64,000 nt of DNA, taken from Candidatus Kaelpia aquatica. Lineage in GTDB: Bacteria > Omnitrophota > Gorgyraeia > Kaelpiales > Kaelpiaceae. Location of the stretch: contig JAVCCU010000008.1 in the NCBI GenBank assembly GCA_030765335.1, positions 3-64,002 of the forward strand, read 5' to 3'. The translations under genes and the position numbers were made by a program. The notes under the pieces are model-generated. The model did no database searches. It saw only the letters and a program-made list of their open reading frames with translations, and had not been told where the DNA came from. Of the stretch, positions 50,142 through 59,864 are shown piece after piece. The first letter of the stretch is position 1. Every line of letters starts with the position of its first letter.

Positions 50142-50695
50142 CTTAAAATTAAATCCAAAGCCTCAGACCTTGTCTTCTGATTATCTTTAAAAATACCCCG
50201 CACAGCCGATGTAACAGTTGTAGTTCCCGGCTTTTTAACCCCTCTCATGCTCATACATTGATGTTCGGCTTCAATAACTACCATGCAGCCCTGGGGCTTA
50301 AGTTTTTTCATTATTACTTCAGCCACCTGAGTAGTCAGTCTCTCTTGAACCTGTAAACGTTTTGCAAGAATATCAACTACCCTTACAATCTTACTCAAAC
50401 CTGTCACCCGATTGCCTTTAGGTATATAGGCGACATGGGCTTTACCCACAAAAGGAAGCAAGTGATGCTCGCAAATAGAATAGAGAGCAATGTCCTTAAC
50501 CAGGACTATCTCCTGATGGCTATGCTCTAAAAATACCTCCAGCTCTTTAGCGGGATCCTTACCTATGCCGGATAGAATCTCCTCATACATCTGAGCCACT
50601 CTCTGAGGGGTCTTCTTAAGATCTTCTCTGTCAGGATCATCCCCGACAGCAGCTAAAATATCTCTTACAGCTTTTTCTATTTTTTTCTTATCCAT
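50138..50695 (-). CDS. folE: GTP cyclohydrolase I
   Basis: [33 protein letters not shown]. Confidence 0.97.
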   Translation of the reverse strand: MDKKKIEKAVRDILAAVGDDPDREDLKKTPQRVAQMYEEILSGIGKDPAKELEVFLEHSHQEIVLVKDIALYSICEHHLLPFVGKAHVAYIPKGNRVTGLSKIVRVVDILAKRLQVQERLTTQVAEVIMKKLKPQGCMVVIEAEHQCMSMRGVKKPGTTTVTSAVRGIFKDNQKTRSEALDLILR

Positions 50696-50701
50696 AACCG
50701 C

Positions 50702-51355
50702 TTATTTTAAAATTCTACGCATAGGATTTCTATGTTTTGAAAAATCCCTTGCCTTATAGAACCTTTCGAATAAATCTAATTTTCCTTTTTCTTTCAATCT
50801 TCGGTAGATGCTGACCCAAATGCAATCTCTCTCTTTGTCTAATTCACACTTGCCTGCTTCCATACCGCCGCAAGGTCCATTCAATATCCCTTTAGAACAT
50901 TGTGTCAACGGACATATGCCTCCGGTATACTCTAAGATACAGTCTCCGCAAGCAGAACAGGATTCAAAGAAGACTCTGGAATCAGGAGAGACCGTACCGG
51001 CAAAAAGAGTATTGCAGCCAATATGAACATCTAAATCAATATTTGCATTCTCAATCAGTGACTGTACTCCTAATCCGCAGCTTAATAGAAGGTAGGAATT
51101 TGACTCTCTTATCTCTGCACTATGTTTTGAGAGCGAACGCTTAAGCTCTGCAGCTATACAAGGTGCCTGAGGCACTGCATAGCCAGTCACAACGAATCCC
51201 GAATCTTCCAATCTTTTTCTAATCTCTAAAACCTCTTTCTCTCCGCCAGTCTTGCAGACAGTAGAGCACTCCCCGCAACCAACTATAAATATTTTTTCAT
51301 CTCTTTTAAGATGTTTGCTAATCTGATCAAAATTTTTCTGCTCCGTTATAATCAC
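50702..51355 (-). CDS. metV: MetV-like methylene-THF reductase C-terminal-domain (Cys-rich) protein
   Basis: GCGECSTVCKTGG, SCGLGVQ, CSACGDCIL..TGGICP..CSKGILNGPCGG...C...CIW. Confidence 0.85.
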   Translation of the reverse strand: MIITEQKNFDQISKHLKRDEKIFIVGCGECSTVCKTGGEKEVLEIRKRLEDSGFVVTGYAVPQAPCIAAELKRSLSKHSAEIRESNSYLLLSCGLGVQSLIENANIDLDVHIGCNTLFAGTVSPDSRVFFESCSACGDCILEYTGGICPLTQCSKGILNGPCGGMEAGKCELDKERDCIWVSIYRRLKEKGKLDLFERFYKARDFSKHRNPMRRILK

Positions 51356-52522
51356 TTAGAGATCCTCTTTAAAATAATTAAACTGACTCAAGACATAGTC
51401 TCTACTCTTAGCTATATCATCCAGACCAAGAGCAGGCTTACCATCTTTTATCAAGGGCTTTAATATATCTTCCATATCATTCCCGCAGCTACACTTTTGA
51501 CTAGTAACGCTTAAAGGCTCAACAGTTCTTGAGAAACAATCCGAACATCTGAAAAGTCTCTTTACTCCGGAAAGCTTACCTCTTTTTGCTATCGGCTGCC
51601 CATCTATCTCCACTATATCCATTGCAAAATCTAAGACAGGAGCATTACTTATAGAGGTTCCAACCCCGTAAGAATCTACATAAGGATTCAGCTCTTTAAT
51701 CTTATCCTCATCTATTCCACCGCTTACTAATATTTTGATATCTTTAAAACCCCTTAACTCAAGCTCCCACTTTACCTCTTTTAAGATCTCTATAAAATTT
51801 CCTCTGCGAGAAGCCGGAGTATCTAGTCTGATACCAAAAATCTTATCTTTTAATGCTTCTGCCACATTCAAAGCCTCGAACTTTTCATCATTAAATGTGT
51901 CTATCAATGCAATCCGATTTACATCACTATCTATGACTCTATCAAATGCCTCAGTCGCTTTAACTGTATCACCAAAAAGCAGCACTAAAGCATGAGGAAT
52001 AGTTCCAACAGCCTTTAAACCTAAAATTGCAGCACTTTTAGCACAGGCGACGCCATCGCACCCTCCAAGGTAAGCATTTCTCTCTATCATCGGAGCAATG
52101 GCAGGATGAATCCTCCTGGCTCCAAAACTATAGAGAGGCTTGTCCAAAGCAGCAATCTTACAACGCGCAGCCTTGGTCGCAACCCCTGAAGCCTGGCAGA
52201 GAAGCCCCAACAGCGCAGTCTCATAGAGACCGAAATCTTCATATCTGCCTTCAATTCTCATCACAGGATCATTAGCCCCAAAGAACGTTCCTTCTCTAAC
52301 AGCGTAGACATCTATACCTTTTATTTCATTAAGCACCTCAAAAGCCTCCTCTAAGCCGCTGAAGAGACCCCAAGTATACCCTTTGGGCAATAATTTAGCA
52401 GTAAACTCAACCGCTACTCTTTTAGATATATTTTCTTTTTTAAGAATCTCTCGGGTTCTTAAAAAATATATATCGCTAACATCGCCCCTTTTTATCTCCT
52501 CCGAACTTGCTATATGAAACAT
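51356..52522 (-). CDS. pncB: Nicotinate phosphoribosyltransferase (short archaeal/Thermotoga-like type)
   Basis: DIYF, FGARR, GTIPHA, LIDTF, IRLDT, VSGG, GVGT, AKRGK. Confidence 0.9.
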   Translation of the reverse strand: MFHIASSEEIKRGDVSDIYFLRTREILKKENISKRVAVEFTAKLLPKGYTWGLFSGLEEAFEVLNEIKGIDVYAVREGTFFGANDPVMRIEGRYEDFGLYETALLGLLCQASGVATKAARCKIAALDKPLYSFGARRIHPAIAPMIERNAYLGGCDGVACAKSAAILGLKAVGTIPHALVLLFGDTVKATEAFDRVIDSDVNRIALIDTFNDEKFEALNVAEALKDKIFGIRLDTPASRRGNFIEILKEVKWELELRGFKDIKILVSGGIDEDKIKELNPYVDSYGVGTSISNAPVLDFAMDIVEIDGQPIAKRGKLSGVKRLFRCSDCFSRTVEPLSVTSQKCSCGNDMEDILKPLIKDGKPALGLDDIAKSRDYVLSQFNYFKEDL

Positions 52523-52546
52523 GCCATCTCCTGTTTATAAAAGAGA

Positions 52547-52762
52547 TTAAAGCCTTATTGCTTTTGCAACGCGTAATTTTATAACCTCAAGCAAGGGTTC
52601 CAACTCTGCTATCTTCTTATCTATTTTTTCCTGATTACTGATCACGGTTCTTAATTTACCTAAAAACCCATCTGGGCTGCTTGCAGAAGATTCTACTATT
52701 CTTACTGTAAAAATTACAGCAGCTCCAAGAAGAAGATAAAAAAATATCTTAGAATTACACAT
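52547..52762 (-). CDS. Small exported/anchored coiled-coil protein (71 aa from ATG 52762)
   Basis: Signal-like N-terminus plus KLRTVISNQEKIDKKI..L..IKLR; paralog of the upstream gene. Confidence 0.7.
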   Translation of the reverse strand: MCNSKIFFYLLLGAAVIFTVRIVESSASSPDGFLGKLRTVISNQEKIDKKIAELEPLLEVIKLRVAKAIRL

Positions 52763-52763
52763 C

Positions 52764-52979
52764 TTACAGTTTCCTAGATATTCTAATCTTGATCTTAATA
52801 AGCTCATCATATACATTGTCAAGTTTGGTAAGTACCTCTTCTTGTTTTACTATTAGAAGGTCTATCTTTTCACTTAAAGAGAGCTTACTCTTTGTCTCTG
52901 CTGTTAAAGCAACTCTATAGACCAAAATTAGAGATAGTGATAGAACTACAATAAATATTGCCTTTTTAAACCTACTCAT
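52764..52979 (-). CDS. Small exported/anchored coiled-coil protein (71 aa)
   Basis: Signal-like N-terminus plus KIDLLIVKQEEVLTKL...L..IKIR. Confidence 0.7.
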   Translation of the reverse strand: MSRFKKAIFIVVLSLSLILVYRVALTAETKSKLSLSEKIDLLIVKQEEVLTKLDNVYDELIKIKIRISRKL

Positions 52980-54580
52980 ATTTTTTCTTCCTCGCTTGCC
53001 TCTATATAGACTTCAAAATCTATATTGGGAAAGAGATTGTCTCTTCTTTCCAAAACCTCAAGGTAGGTCTCATCTATTGTATCACTCTCCACCTCTTCAT
53101 GGAGGCGATTAAACCTGAAGACATGTTCTTTGATTCTCTTTTGAGCATACTCTACATGTGTAGCAGTCTTGATAATAAAAGCCCAATCGCTAGATTGAGC
53201 TAGCAGAAGTTCTCTGGCCATCTGGTTAAGCGCCCTTCTCCTTAACCCCGCAACTCCTCTATTTTTAGCTGCTAAAACTTTCATGCGTCCAGCAGCTTTG
53301 TGCAAGTGCCTATATACCCAGTCGTTAGAACCATTGAGCCAAAACTCGCTATAGCCCTTATATCCCCAACTTGAGAAAGAAGGCCTCAATACCTGATTTT
53401 TAGGGTACTCCCTAAGATAATCCATGGGGGTTATCAGTTTCATAGTTTTCTGATCATGATGAATCTTCTTTATTAAAAATTCGAGAAAGATAGGACCTTC
53501 AAACCACCAATGCCCAAACAGCTCCGCATCATAAGGAGCAACTATTATAGGCTTTCTATCCATAAACGTACTTAGGTATTCAACTTGCTTCTCTCTATTA
53601 AACATAAAATTGCCTGCATGCTCCGCAGCTTTCTCTCTTGCCTTATCTGGATCATAAAGTTCCTTCTGAAGCGTCTCTCCTGTTATACGGTAATACTTCA
53701 TACCTGTATTACCGCGGCTTCCATCCGGATTAATGTAAGGCTTAACATAATCATAATCTAAATCAAAACCAACATCTCTATAAAAATCTCTGTAATAGTG
53801 GTCCCCGGGATAACCTTCAGCAGCACTCCAAACTGATTTAGAGCTTTCAACGTCTCGCCCGAAAACAGCAACTCCTGATTTACAAAAATAGCCTGAATAG
53901 ACCCCATAGCGCGGCCTAGGATCAGCAAACAGCACTCCATGAGTATCAACTAAAAAATATTTAATACCTTCTTCTTTTAAGATCTCATCATCATAAGGCT
54001 TATATCCGCATTCAGGAAGCCAGATACCTTCTGGTCTCCTCCCAAAAGCCTCTTCGTAAACACCTACGCCGACTCTGACCTGAGCCTTAACAGATTCTCT
54101 GTTTACCATCAAAGGCATAAAACCATGAGTTGCCCCGCAAGTAATTAACTCTAGAAAGCCGGCATCTTGATACTCCTTAAAAGCATCCAGAATATTTTTG
54201 TTATATCTGTTTAAGAATATATCTTTGGATCTCCTGAATGCATCTAGATACATCTCAGAGAGCCTTTTAACTTCAAAATTACCTTTGTTGCGCTGAAGCT
54301 CTTTCTGAGCCAGTTCAATGGATTTATCCAAATGCTTAAGATATCTATCTTGAAGCATAGAATCTCTCAACATGCTTATCAACGTAGGAGTAACAGACAT
54401 GGTCAACCTAAATCCAACACCTTCATCTCTAAGGCGCCTGAACATTTCTATAAGAGGGATATAGGTCTCTGTTATGGCCTCAAAAAGCCAGCGCTCTTCT
54501 ATGAACTCATCATATTCAGGATGTCTGACATAAGGCAGATGGGCATGTAAGACTATCGAAAGATACCCTTTATTTTCCAT
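52976..54580 (-). CDS. GH57 1,4-alpha-glucan branching enzyme (DUF1957)
   Basis: LHAHLPYVRHP, ETYIP, GIWLPECGY, PYDAELFGHWWFEG, ELLLAQSSDW. Confidence 0.93.
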   Translation of the reverse strand: MENKGYLSIVLHAHLPYVRHPEYDEFIEERWLFEAITETYIPLIEMFRRLRDEGVGFRLTMSVTPTLISMLRDSMLQDRYLKHLDKSIELAQKELQRNKGNFEVKRLSEMYLDAFRRSKDIFLNRYNKNILDAFKEYQDAGFLELITCGATHGFMPLMVNRESVKAQVRVGVGVYEEAFGRRPEGIWLPECGYKPYDDEILKEEGIKYFLVDTHGVLFADPRPRYGVYSGYFCKSGVAVFGRDVESSKSVWSAAEGYPGDHYYRDFYRDVGFDLDYDYVKPYINPDGSRGNTGMKYYRITGETLQKELYDPDKAREKAAEHAGNFMFNREKQVEYLSTFMDRKPIIVAPYDAELFGHWWFEGPIFLEFLIKKIHHDQKTMKLITPMDYLREYPKNQVLRPSFSSWGYKGYSEFWLNGSNDWVYRHLHKAAGRMKVLAAKNRGVAGLRRRALNQMARELLLAQSSDWAFIIKTATHVEYAQKRIKEHVFRFNRLHEEVESDTIDETYLEVLERRDNLFPNIDFEVYIEASEEEKI

Positions 54581-54584
54581 ATCT

Positions 54585-55481
54585 CTACCTCTTGTCCTCT
54601 AAACTGCCTTTGGTGGAAGAAGAAATAGTATCCAGCCTTCTCTGTTTAAGGACTTTTTGCAGCTCTTCTGAACTAACACCAACACCATAGCCCCCGGATA
54701 AAGCAAACATCTTCCAATAATCCTCATCTACTACCATCCACTCTTCATCCACTAATTCAGATGGTCCATACCTAGGAGTAACAACTACGTTAGAGCGAAT
54801 AATGGTAAAGAATTTACCGCTATCTGTTCTCAATCCAACCTCAGCAACATAACTTCTGCCTGAGTCCTTAACGTTGATATACCAGCACTCTATAAAAGGA
54901 GTAAGTTCTATATCAAAATAACTGTTATAACTTTTAGAATCTTTAAATTCAACTCCGGTTACATCATAGACTCTTAGAACCTCCTTATAGCCTGAGCTTC
55001 CGCATCTTAAACGAGTATCTTCCCAAAGCTGACCTCTAATCTCCCAATAAGAGAACAGCCACCAAGGATCCCTCACAAGCAACGCGAGACTATCTTCGCC
55101 ATAGTGATGTTTGATCTCCGGACTCTCTGAGCCTATCTGACTTCTAGGCTCTTCACCACGATCAGTAGTTCCAGCCTGGAACTTAGTTAGCTCAATAAGC
55201 TCTTGAGAGAGACTCTCTTTGGCAATCTTCTTTATCTTAAGAGTCTTTTTCTTCCTTAAATCCGGCTTAGAAGTTTTTTTCTTTGGCTTTATCTTTTTAA
55301 CGATTTTATCCCGCTTTATCTTCTGCTCAATCTTACCTTTGACTTCTGCTTTTTTGGCCAAATCTTTAGAAAGAATCTTTATCAGCTCTGCCTTTTTAAG
55401 TATAGAGACACCTTTAATCTTTCTCTTTTTTGCAAGCTCAAGAAGCTCTATTCTTTTCAATTTAGTTAAATCTTTACCCAT
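54585..55481 (-). CDS. DUF4912 domain protein with Rho-N-like and Lys-rich N-terminus
   Basis: ELLELAK..IKG.S.LKKAELI, LLVRDPWWLFSYWE, LRVYDVT, WYI, RSNVVVTP; usual neighbour of DUF1957 GH57. Confidence 0.85.
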   Translation of the reverse strand: MGKDLTKLKRIELLELAKKRKIKGVSILKKAELIKILSKDLAKKAEVKGKIEQKIKRDKIVKKIKPKKKTSKPDLRKKKTLKIKKIAKESLSQELIELTKFQAGTTDRGEEPRSQIGSESPEIKHHYGEDSLALLVRDPWWLFSYWEIRGQLWEDTRLRCGSSGYKEVLRVYDVTGVEFKDSKSYNSYFDIELTPFIECWYINVKDSGRSYVAEVGLRTDSGKFFTIIRSNVVVTPRYGPSELVDEEWMVVDEDYWKMFALSGGYGVGVSSEELQKVLKQRRLDTISSSTKGSLEDKR

Positions 55482-55496
55482 AATACAATCCTCCTA

Positions 55497-56507
55497 CTAA
55501 ATTCTCAAACATTCAAACTCTTCTCTATTCTTAGCAACTGCTTTAAGAATCTCTCTCTCTACTCCATTATTAAACTCAACCTCAATCTCAAGAGCTGCTC
55601 CTCTCTTACAATGCGCAGCAACAATTTCAGCTGCCAATGGATATATATTATCTCTCATATCGCTCCCTACTGCAAGAGCCAAAGGACCCTTTATATCTAA
55701 AGGCTCTAACCAAGGCAGAGATAACCTCTTAGAGACAGATAGAAGCATGTTGTTCTCTCTTTCATCCCGACCCACGATAAGCTTAAGACTCTCAGACAAC
55801 CTAAAATGTCTGCCTAATTTAAGTAAGTATATCTCATCTAAAGAAGGGTCTCCAGTCTGCTTGAGTAGGTCTTTAAGTCTTCGGCTAAATCCCGGATCTG
55901 TCAAAAGACAACCTCCTGAGGGAGTAGGATAATCTTTTATCTTATATTTTTCGACAAGCTCAAACTGCTTTTTCCGGGAACGCCCCTGAATATTGAAAAA
56001 CTCCTCTCTTTCAACCCAGCCTCTCTCTTCAGGTATTGTAAGGGGCAATACTCCTGCCGAAAGAGGCCTTAATATCAATCTATCCAACCCTGCCTCTTGC
56101 TCTATTTTAAAAAGCGTAGATCTGTTCTGCGACATAGGGCGCTCTCCTAAAACTTCACCTGTTATAATATATGAAGCACCATATTGTTTAAAAAGCTCTT
56201 TAGCCTTTTTGAACATAAAGATCTTACAATCTATGCAGGGATTTATATTCTTGCCAAAACCATGTTTTGGATTCTTAAGAAGTTCTAAATACTCAGAACC
56301 CAACTCTATAATATTGAGCTTAAGGCCAAAGAATTCTTTAGATGTAGTCTCCAGTAATTCTTTAAGCTTACATTTATCATCGGGACGGCAATGGCAAAAC
56401 GGAATATGAAAAAACAGTGCCTCAAAAGAGGCAGCCTGCTCTTTTAAAATAGCTCCTGCAAGCATAGAATCTAAACCAGAGATTAATAATAGACCTTTGT
56501 TTTTCAA
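55497..56507 (-). CDS. ThiI/MnmA-like PP-loop tRNA-modifying protein (DUF814-associated type)
   Basis: SGLDS, NPCIDCK, TGEVLGERPMSQ, LRPLSA, PSGGCLLTD, GRHFR, GRD. Confidence 0.82.
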   Translation of the reverse strand: MKNKGLLLISGLDSMLAGAILKEQAASFEALFFHIPFCHCRPDDKCKLKELLETTSKEFFGLKLNIIELGSEYLELLKNPKHGFGKNINPCIDCKIFMFKKAKELFKQYGASYIITGEVLGERPMSQNRSTLFKIEQEAGLDRLILRPLSAGVLPLTIPEERGWVEREEFFNIQGRSRKKQFELVEKYKIKDYPTPSGGCLLTDPGFSRRLKDLLKQTGDPSLDEIYLLKLGRHFRLSESLKLIVGRDERENNMLLSVSKRLSLPWLEPLDIKGPLALAVGSDMRDNIYPLAAEIVAAHCKRGAALEIEVEFNNGVEREILKAVAKNREEFECLRI

Positions 56508-56515
56508 AGCAGACG

Positions 56516-57088
56516 TTACTCTTTATTTAATTTATTCTCGATACTATACTTAACATGCTCAAATAGAACATTCTTTACCTTGTCAGGGGGCATGACAACA
56601 AAATAGTGACTAACTATAGCATCTGCAACTTCCTGGGTCAAGATGCCAACCTTAATACTATCTGCCGCCAAATATATCGCATTACTCTCCCTGCAATAGA
56701 AAGCTTTGGTTTTAAGTTCTTCACCAAAAAGTTCAAAAAATTCATTCTCTAAGTTTTTTTGAGTCAAAAATATTTTTATATCTCCATGATAGCTATAGAG
56801 ATGCATGTCTAAAATATCGGAGACCTCCTTAAAAAGTGAATCTATGTTCTCCGCCAATACTTCTCTGGGACTGCCGCCTCTAAATATCTGACTGCTGCTG
56901 TCCTGATAGAGGTAGAAGTTTGATCCAAGCTTGATCTTATAAGCAACGCCTAGAAGATCAACGCCTTCCTGAGCATATATCGTAAAATATTCCCCGCTGG
57001 ATTTTTCAACCAAATCCTGTGCATAGATAGAGATTGATAAGAATAGAAAAAATAAAACTAAAAGATTTCTAAAGCTGCTTATCCGCAT
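56516..57088 (-). CDS. Secreted hypothetical protein, zincin-like with degenerate metal motif
   Basis: Signal peptide; AFY....NAIY...GILTQEVADAIVSHYF occupies the position of an HExxH helix. Confidence 0.6.
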   Translation of the reverse strand: MRISSFRNLLVLFFLFLSISIYAQDLVEKSSGEYFTIYAQEGVDLLGVAYKIKLGSNFYLYQDSSSQIFRGGSPREVLAENIDSLFKEVSDILDMHLYSYHGDIKIFLTQKNLENEFFELFGEELKTKAFYCRESNAIYLAADSIKVGILTQEVADAIVSHYFVVMPPDKVKNVLFEHVKYSIENKLNKE

Positions 57089-57098
57089 AAGATTATTG

Positions 57099-57659
57099 TC
57101 AAAACTTAAAGCGATTAAGAGTATTTTTAATCTTGTCTAACCTGTTTATAAATGGACTCCTCTTATCCTCTTCTACTATATTTTCGCTTAATAAGGTTTC
57201 TAATTCTTGGATGCTGGAGCCAAACGTATTGAAATAGAATCTCAACCTCGCCTTCATATCATTTAAAGATTCTGCAATGCTCTGAAGCTGATCATCTCCC
57301 CTAAGCTTAAAATCTGAGCGAAAATCACCGTCAGCCATAATCTCAAACTCTTTCTGCAAGCGATATAGCGGACCGGCTATCTTATGAGAGATAAAGAGGG
57401 TCAACATAATCGTAAATAGACCCATAAAGACCATTACGACAACGATGGTTTGTATTAAGATTGGTGCTATGAAGTCGGCTGTGGATTTAACAACTGCCTC
57501 TGTATTCTCAAAGCTGACCGTAGTTGTCCTAGAGGCAAACAGATAAAGCAAGCCTGCGGTAATAGCAGAGCTTAACACCACCAGAAGGCAAAATTTGATT
57601 ATAAACTGCACCTGAAACTTTCTATCTATAAAATATATCCTTCTCTTTCTATCTTTCAT
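57099..57659 (-). CDS. Two-TM HAMP domain protein (short MCP-like)
   Basis: RRIYFIDRKFQ, two TM helices, SHKIAGPLYRL...GD....LRGDDQLQSIA..LN.M. Confidence 0.8.
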   Translation of the reverse strand: MKDRKRRIYFIDRKFQVQFIIKFCLLVVLSSAITAGLLYLFASRTTTVSFENTEAVVKSTADFIAPILIQTIVVVMVFMGLFTIMLTLFISHKIAGPLYRLQKEFEIMADGDFRSDFKLRGDDQLQSIAESLNDMKARLRFYFNTFGSSIQELETLLSENIVEEDKRSPFINRLDKIKNTLNRFKF

Positions 57660-58234
57660 TCTACTCCTCCTTCTTTATTCAAGACCATATCGTAATCAAT
57701 CTCTATCGCAGAACATTCTTTGACTTCATCAAGCCAGTCATTTAAAGCCCTGGTCTGTTCTCCTCGCAAAAGCTGCCACTTGACCTGCTGGTAGATCTCA
57801 TCCAACCTCTTATCTGTAAGACCTTCTTCCAGCATTTCATCATAACGATCTCTTACTTGAGAGTCCGAAATATTTACCTCCGAAGCTAGCTCTTTAGATT
57901 TTAAATCTACTATCAGTTTGAACAGAAGCTGCTCATAATAATGCTGAAGAGCACCTAAAAACTCTTCACTTTTATGAAGACTTAACTTTTCTGCTTCTTG
58001 CAAAATCAACTTTTTGCTTATTAGTGCTTCTAATACTCCTTGTCTAGAATCTAATGTATCAGGCCTTTCTGCATTCATCTTGGCAAAATAGTTTTCAAAT
58101 TCATCCAGAGTCATCGAAAAATTATTAATTCTTACAACATGGGAGTCTTCTCTGAAGTAAACTCTAAAAACGTAAAAGAGCACGACTAAAACCATAAAGA
58201 TAACTGTAATGCCTATCAGCTTTTTCATAATCAA
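57656..58234 (-). CDS. SurA N-terminal/PrsA-like chaperone domain protein lacking the parvulin domain
   Basis: TM anchor, VVRIN...TLDEF, LISKKLILQEAEKL, ISDSQVRDRY, LDEI..QVK..L, WLDEV...AIEI. Confidence 0.7.
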   Translation of the reverse strand: MIMKKLIGITVIFMVLVVLFYVFRVYFREDSHVVRINNFSMTLDEFENYFAKMNAERPDTLDSRQGVLEALISKKLILQEAEKLSLHKSEEFLGALQHYYEQLLFKLIVDLKSKELASEVNISDSQVRDRYDEMLEEGLTDKRLDEIYQQVKWQLLRGEQTRALNDWLDEVKECSAIEIDYDMVLNKEGGVE

Positions 58235-58309
58235 TATCCCTCGCTTTTTATTTTCTCTTTAATATATAGCATTTTTGATTATTTTGCACCAAAATACTTA
58301 AATATAAAA

Positions 58310-58338
58310 TTGACTTTTATCTTTTTTTAATGTAATTT
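58310..58338 (+). promoter_or_regulatory. Promoter for tRNA-Ala/nfeD operon
   Basis: TTGACT-N17-TAATTT. Confidence 0.5.
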
Positions 58339-58349
58339 TTAGAGAATTC

Positions 58350-58421
58350 GGGGCTGTAGCTCAGCGGGAGAGCACTACGCTGGCAGCGTAGGGGTCGAGG
58401 GTTCAAATCCCTCCAGCTCCA
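58350..58421 (+). tRNA. tRNA-Ala(GGC)
   Basis: GGGGCTGTAGCTCAG...CTACG-CTGGCAG-CGTAG...GGTTCAAATCC...CAGCTCCA; G3-U70 identity pair. Confidence 0.96.
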
Positions 58422-58457
58422 AACGGAATAGAATTAGAACTAGAACTCTTTTAGCAA

Positions 58458-59864
58458 TTGAAAAATAAGAGAAAAGACGTTGTAATCATCCTAATAATAT
58501 CTCTCCTGATCTTTGTATCAAATGTATCGGCTGAAAAAATCATGGTCATCCCTGTTAAGGGGGTAATTGATTTAGGACTCTCCACTTTTATTAAAAACTC
58601 TATAGAACAAGCAGAGACTCGAGATATAACTACTATTATTTTAGAGATGGATACACCCGGAGGCAGAGTAGATGCTGCTGATATAATCTGTGAAGCTATA
58701 CTCAATTACCAAGGCAAAACTATTACTTTCGTAACCAATCAAGCCTGGTCTGCAGGAAGCATGATCGCATTATCAACAGATAAAATAATAATGCGGCCTG
58801 CAGCAAGTATAGGTTCTGCAGAGCCCAGGCAAGGAATATCAGGAGAAAAAACAGATGAGAAGATAGTCTCTGCCTTAAGGGCACGATTTAAAGCCTTGGC
58901 TGAGGAGAAAAATCATAATACTGCCTTAGCTCAGGCTATGGTTGATAAAGATATCGTGGTATTAAAAATACTTCTTAATGATCAAACTCTTATCGTTACA
59001 GAGGAAGAGCTTAATGAAAAAATAGCAACCGAAGAAGCTGAGGTCAAAATTTTAACCACTATATCTGAAGAGGGTAAACTCCTAAATTTAAGCGCAAAAG
59101 ATGCAAAGAAATATAGCTTGGCTAAAGAAATATGTGAAAATAGAGAGACTCTGATCACATATTTAGAGATAGAGACACCCGAGATAATAGAAGGGAGTCC
59201 TAGCTGGTCTGAAAACCTAGTAAGATTTATCACTCATCCTATACTATCTTCACTCCTTTTAGGCATTGGATTCTGGGCCATAATGCTTGCACTAAGAATA
59301 CCAGGTCTAGGGCTTCCTGAAATTGCAGGAATAAGTGCACTGGGGCTTTTCTTCTGGGGCCATAAGCTAGCAGGCTTATCAGAATGGTTAGATATACTCC
59401 TTGTTATCATAGGTCTAGCCTTGATCTTAGTCGAGCTCTTCATAATTCCGGGATTTGGACTAACAGGAGCAGTAGGGGCTTTAACCTTACTGGCAGGAAT
59501 AGTCCTTACGTTGACAAACCACCCCATATATCCACCGATTGAGGGGCTCAATAGAGCATCTGGAATAATGCTCTCGTCTCTCTTCATCTCTCTTGTCATG
59601 TTATTTATAAGTCTAAAAATATTTCCAAAAACAAAGTTCTGGAATAGATTAATTTTAGAATATCAACTAACAAAACCTAAGATAGAAGATGGATCTACAA
59701 TGTTAGATAATGGAACTGCCGTATCTGACTTAAGACCCGTGGGAAAAGCTAAGTTTGGGAATAAGATATATGATGTAGAGACCCTGGGTGACTATATTCA
59801 AAAAGGAGAAAAAGTGAAAATCATCTCAAAACATGGTAATATAAGAAAAGTAAAAAAAGCATGA
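58458..59864 (+). CDS. nfeD: Long-form NfeD (ClpP-class membrane serine protease, YqeZ-like)
   Basis: MDTPGG, AWSAG, IGSAEP, TM block with [10 protein letters not shown]-terminal DLRPVG OB-fold. Confidence 0.9.
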   Translation: MKNKRKDVVIILIISLLIFVSNVSAEKIMVIPVKGVIDLGLSTFIKNSIEQAETRDITTIILEMDTPGGRVDAADIICEAILNYQGKTITFVTNQAWSAGSMIALSTDKIIMRPAASIGSAEPRQGISGEKTDEKIVSALRARFKALAEEKNHNTALAQAMVDKDIVVLKILLNDQTLIVTEEELNEKIATEEAEVKILTTISEEGKLLNLSAKDAKKYSLAKEICENRETLITYLEIETPEIIEGSPSWSENLVRFITHPILSSLLLGIGFWAIMLALRIPGLGLPEIAGISALGLFFWGHKLAGLSEWLDILLVIIGLALILVELFIIPGFGLTGAVGALTLLAGIVLTLTNHPIYPPIEGLNRASGIMLSSLFISLVMLFISLKIFPKTKFWNRLILEYQLTKPKIEDGSTMLDNGTAVSDLRPVGKAKFGNKIYDVETLGDYIQKGEKVKIISKHGNIRKVKKA

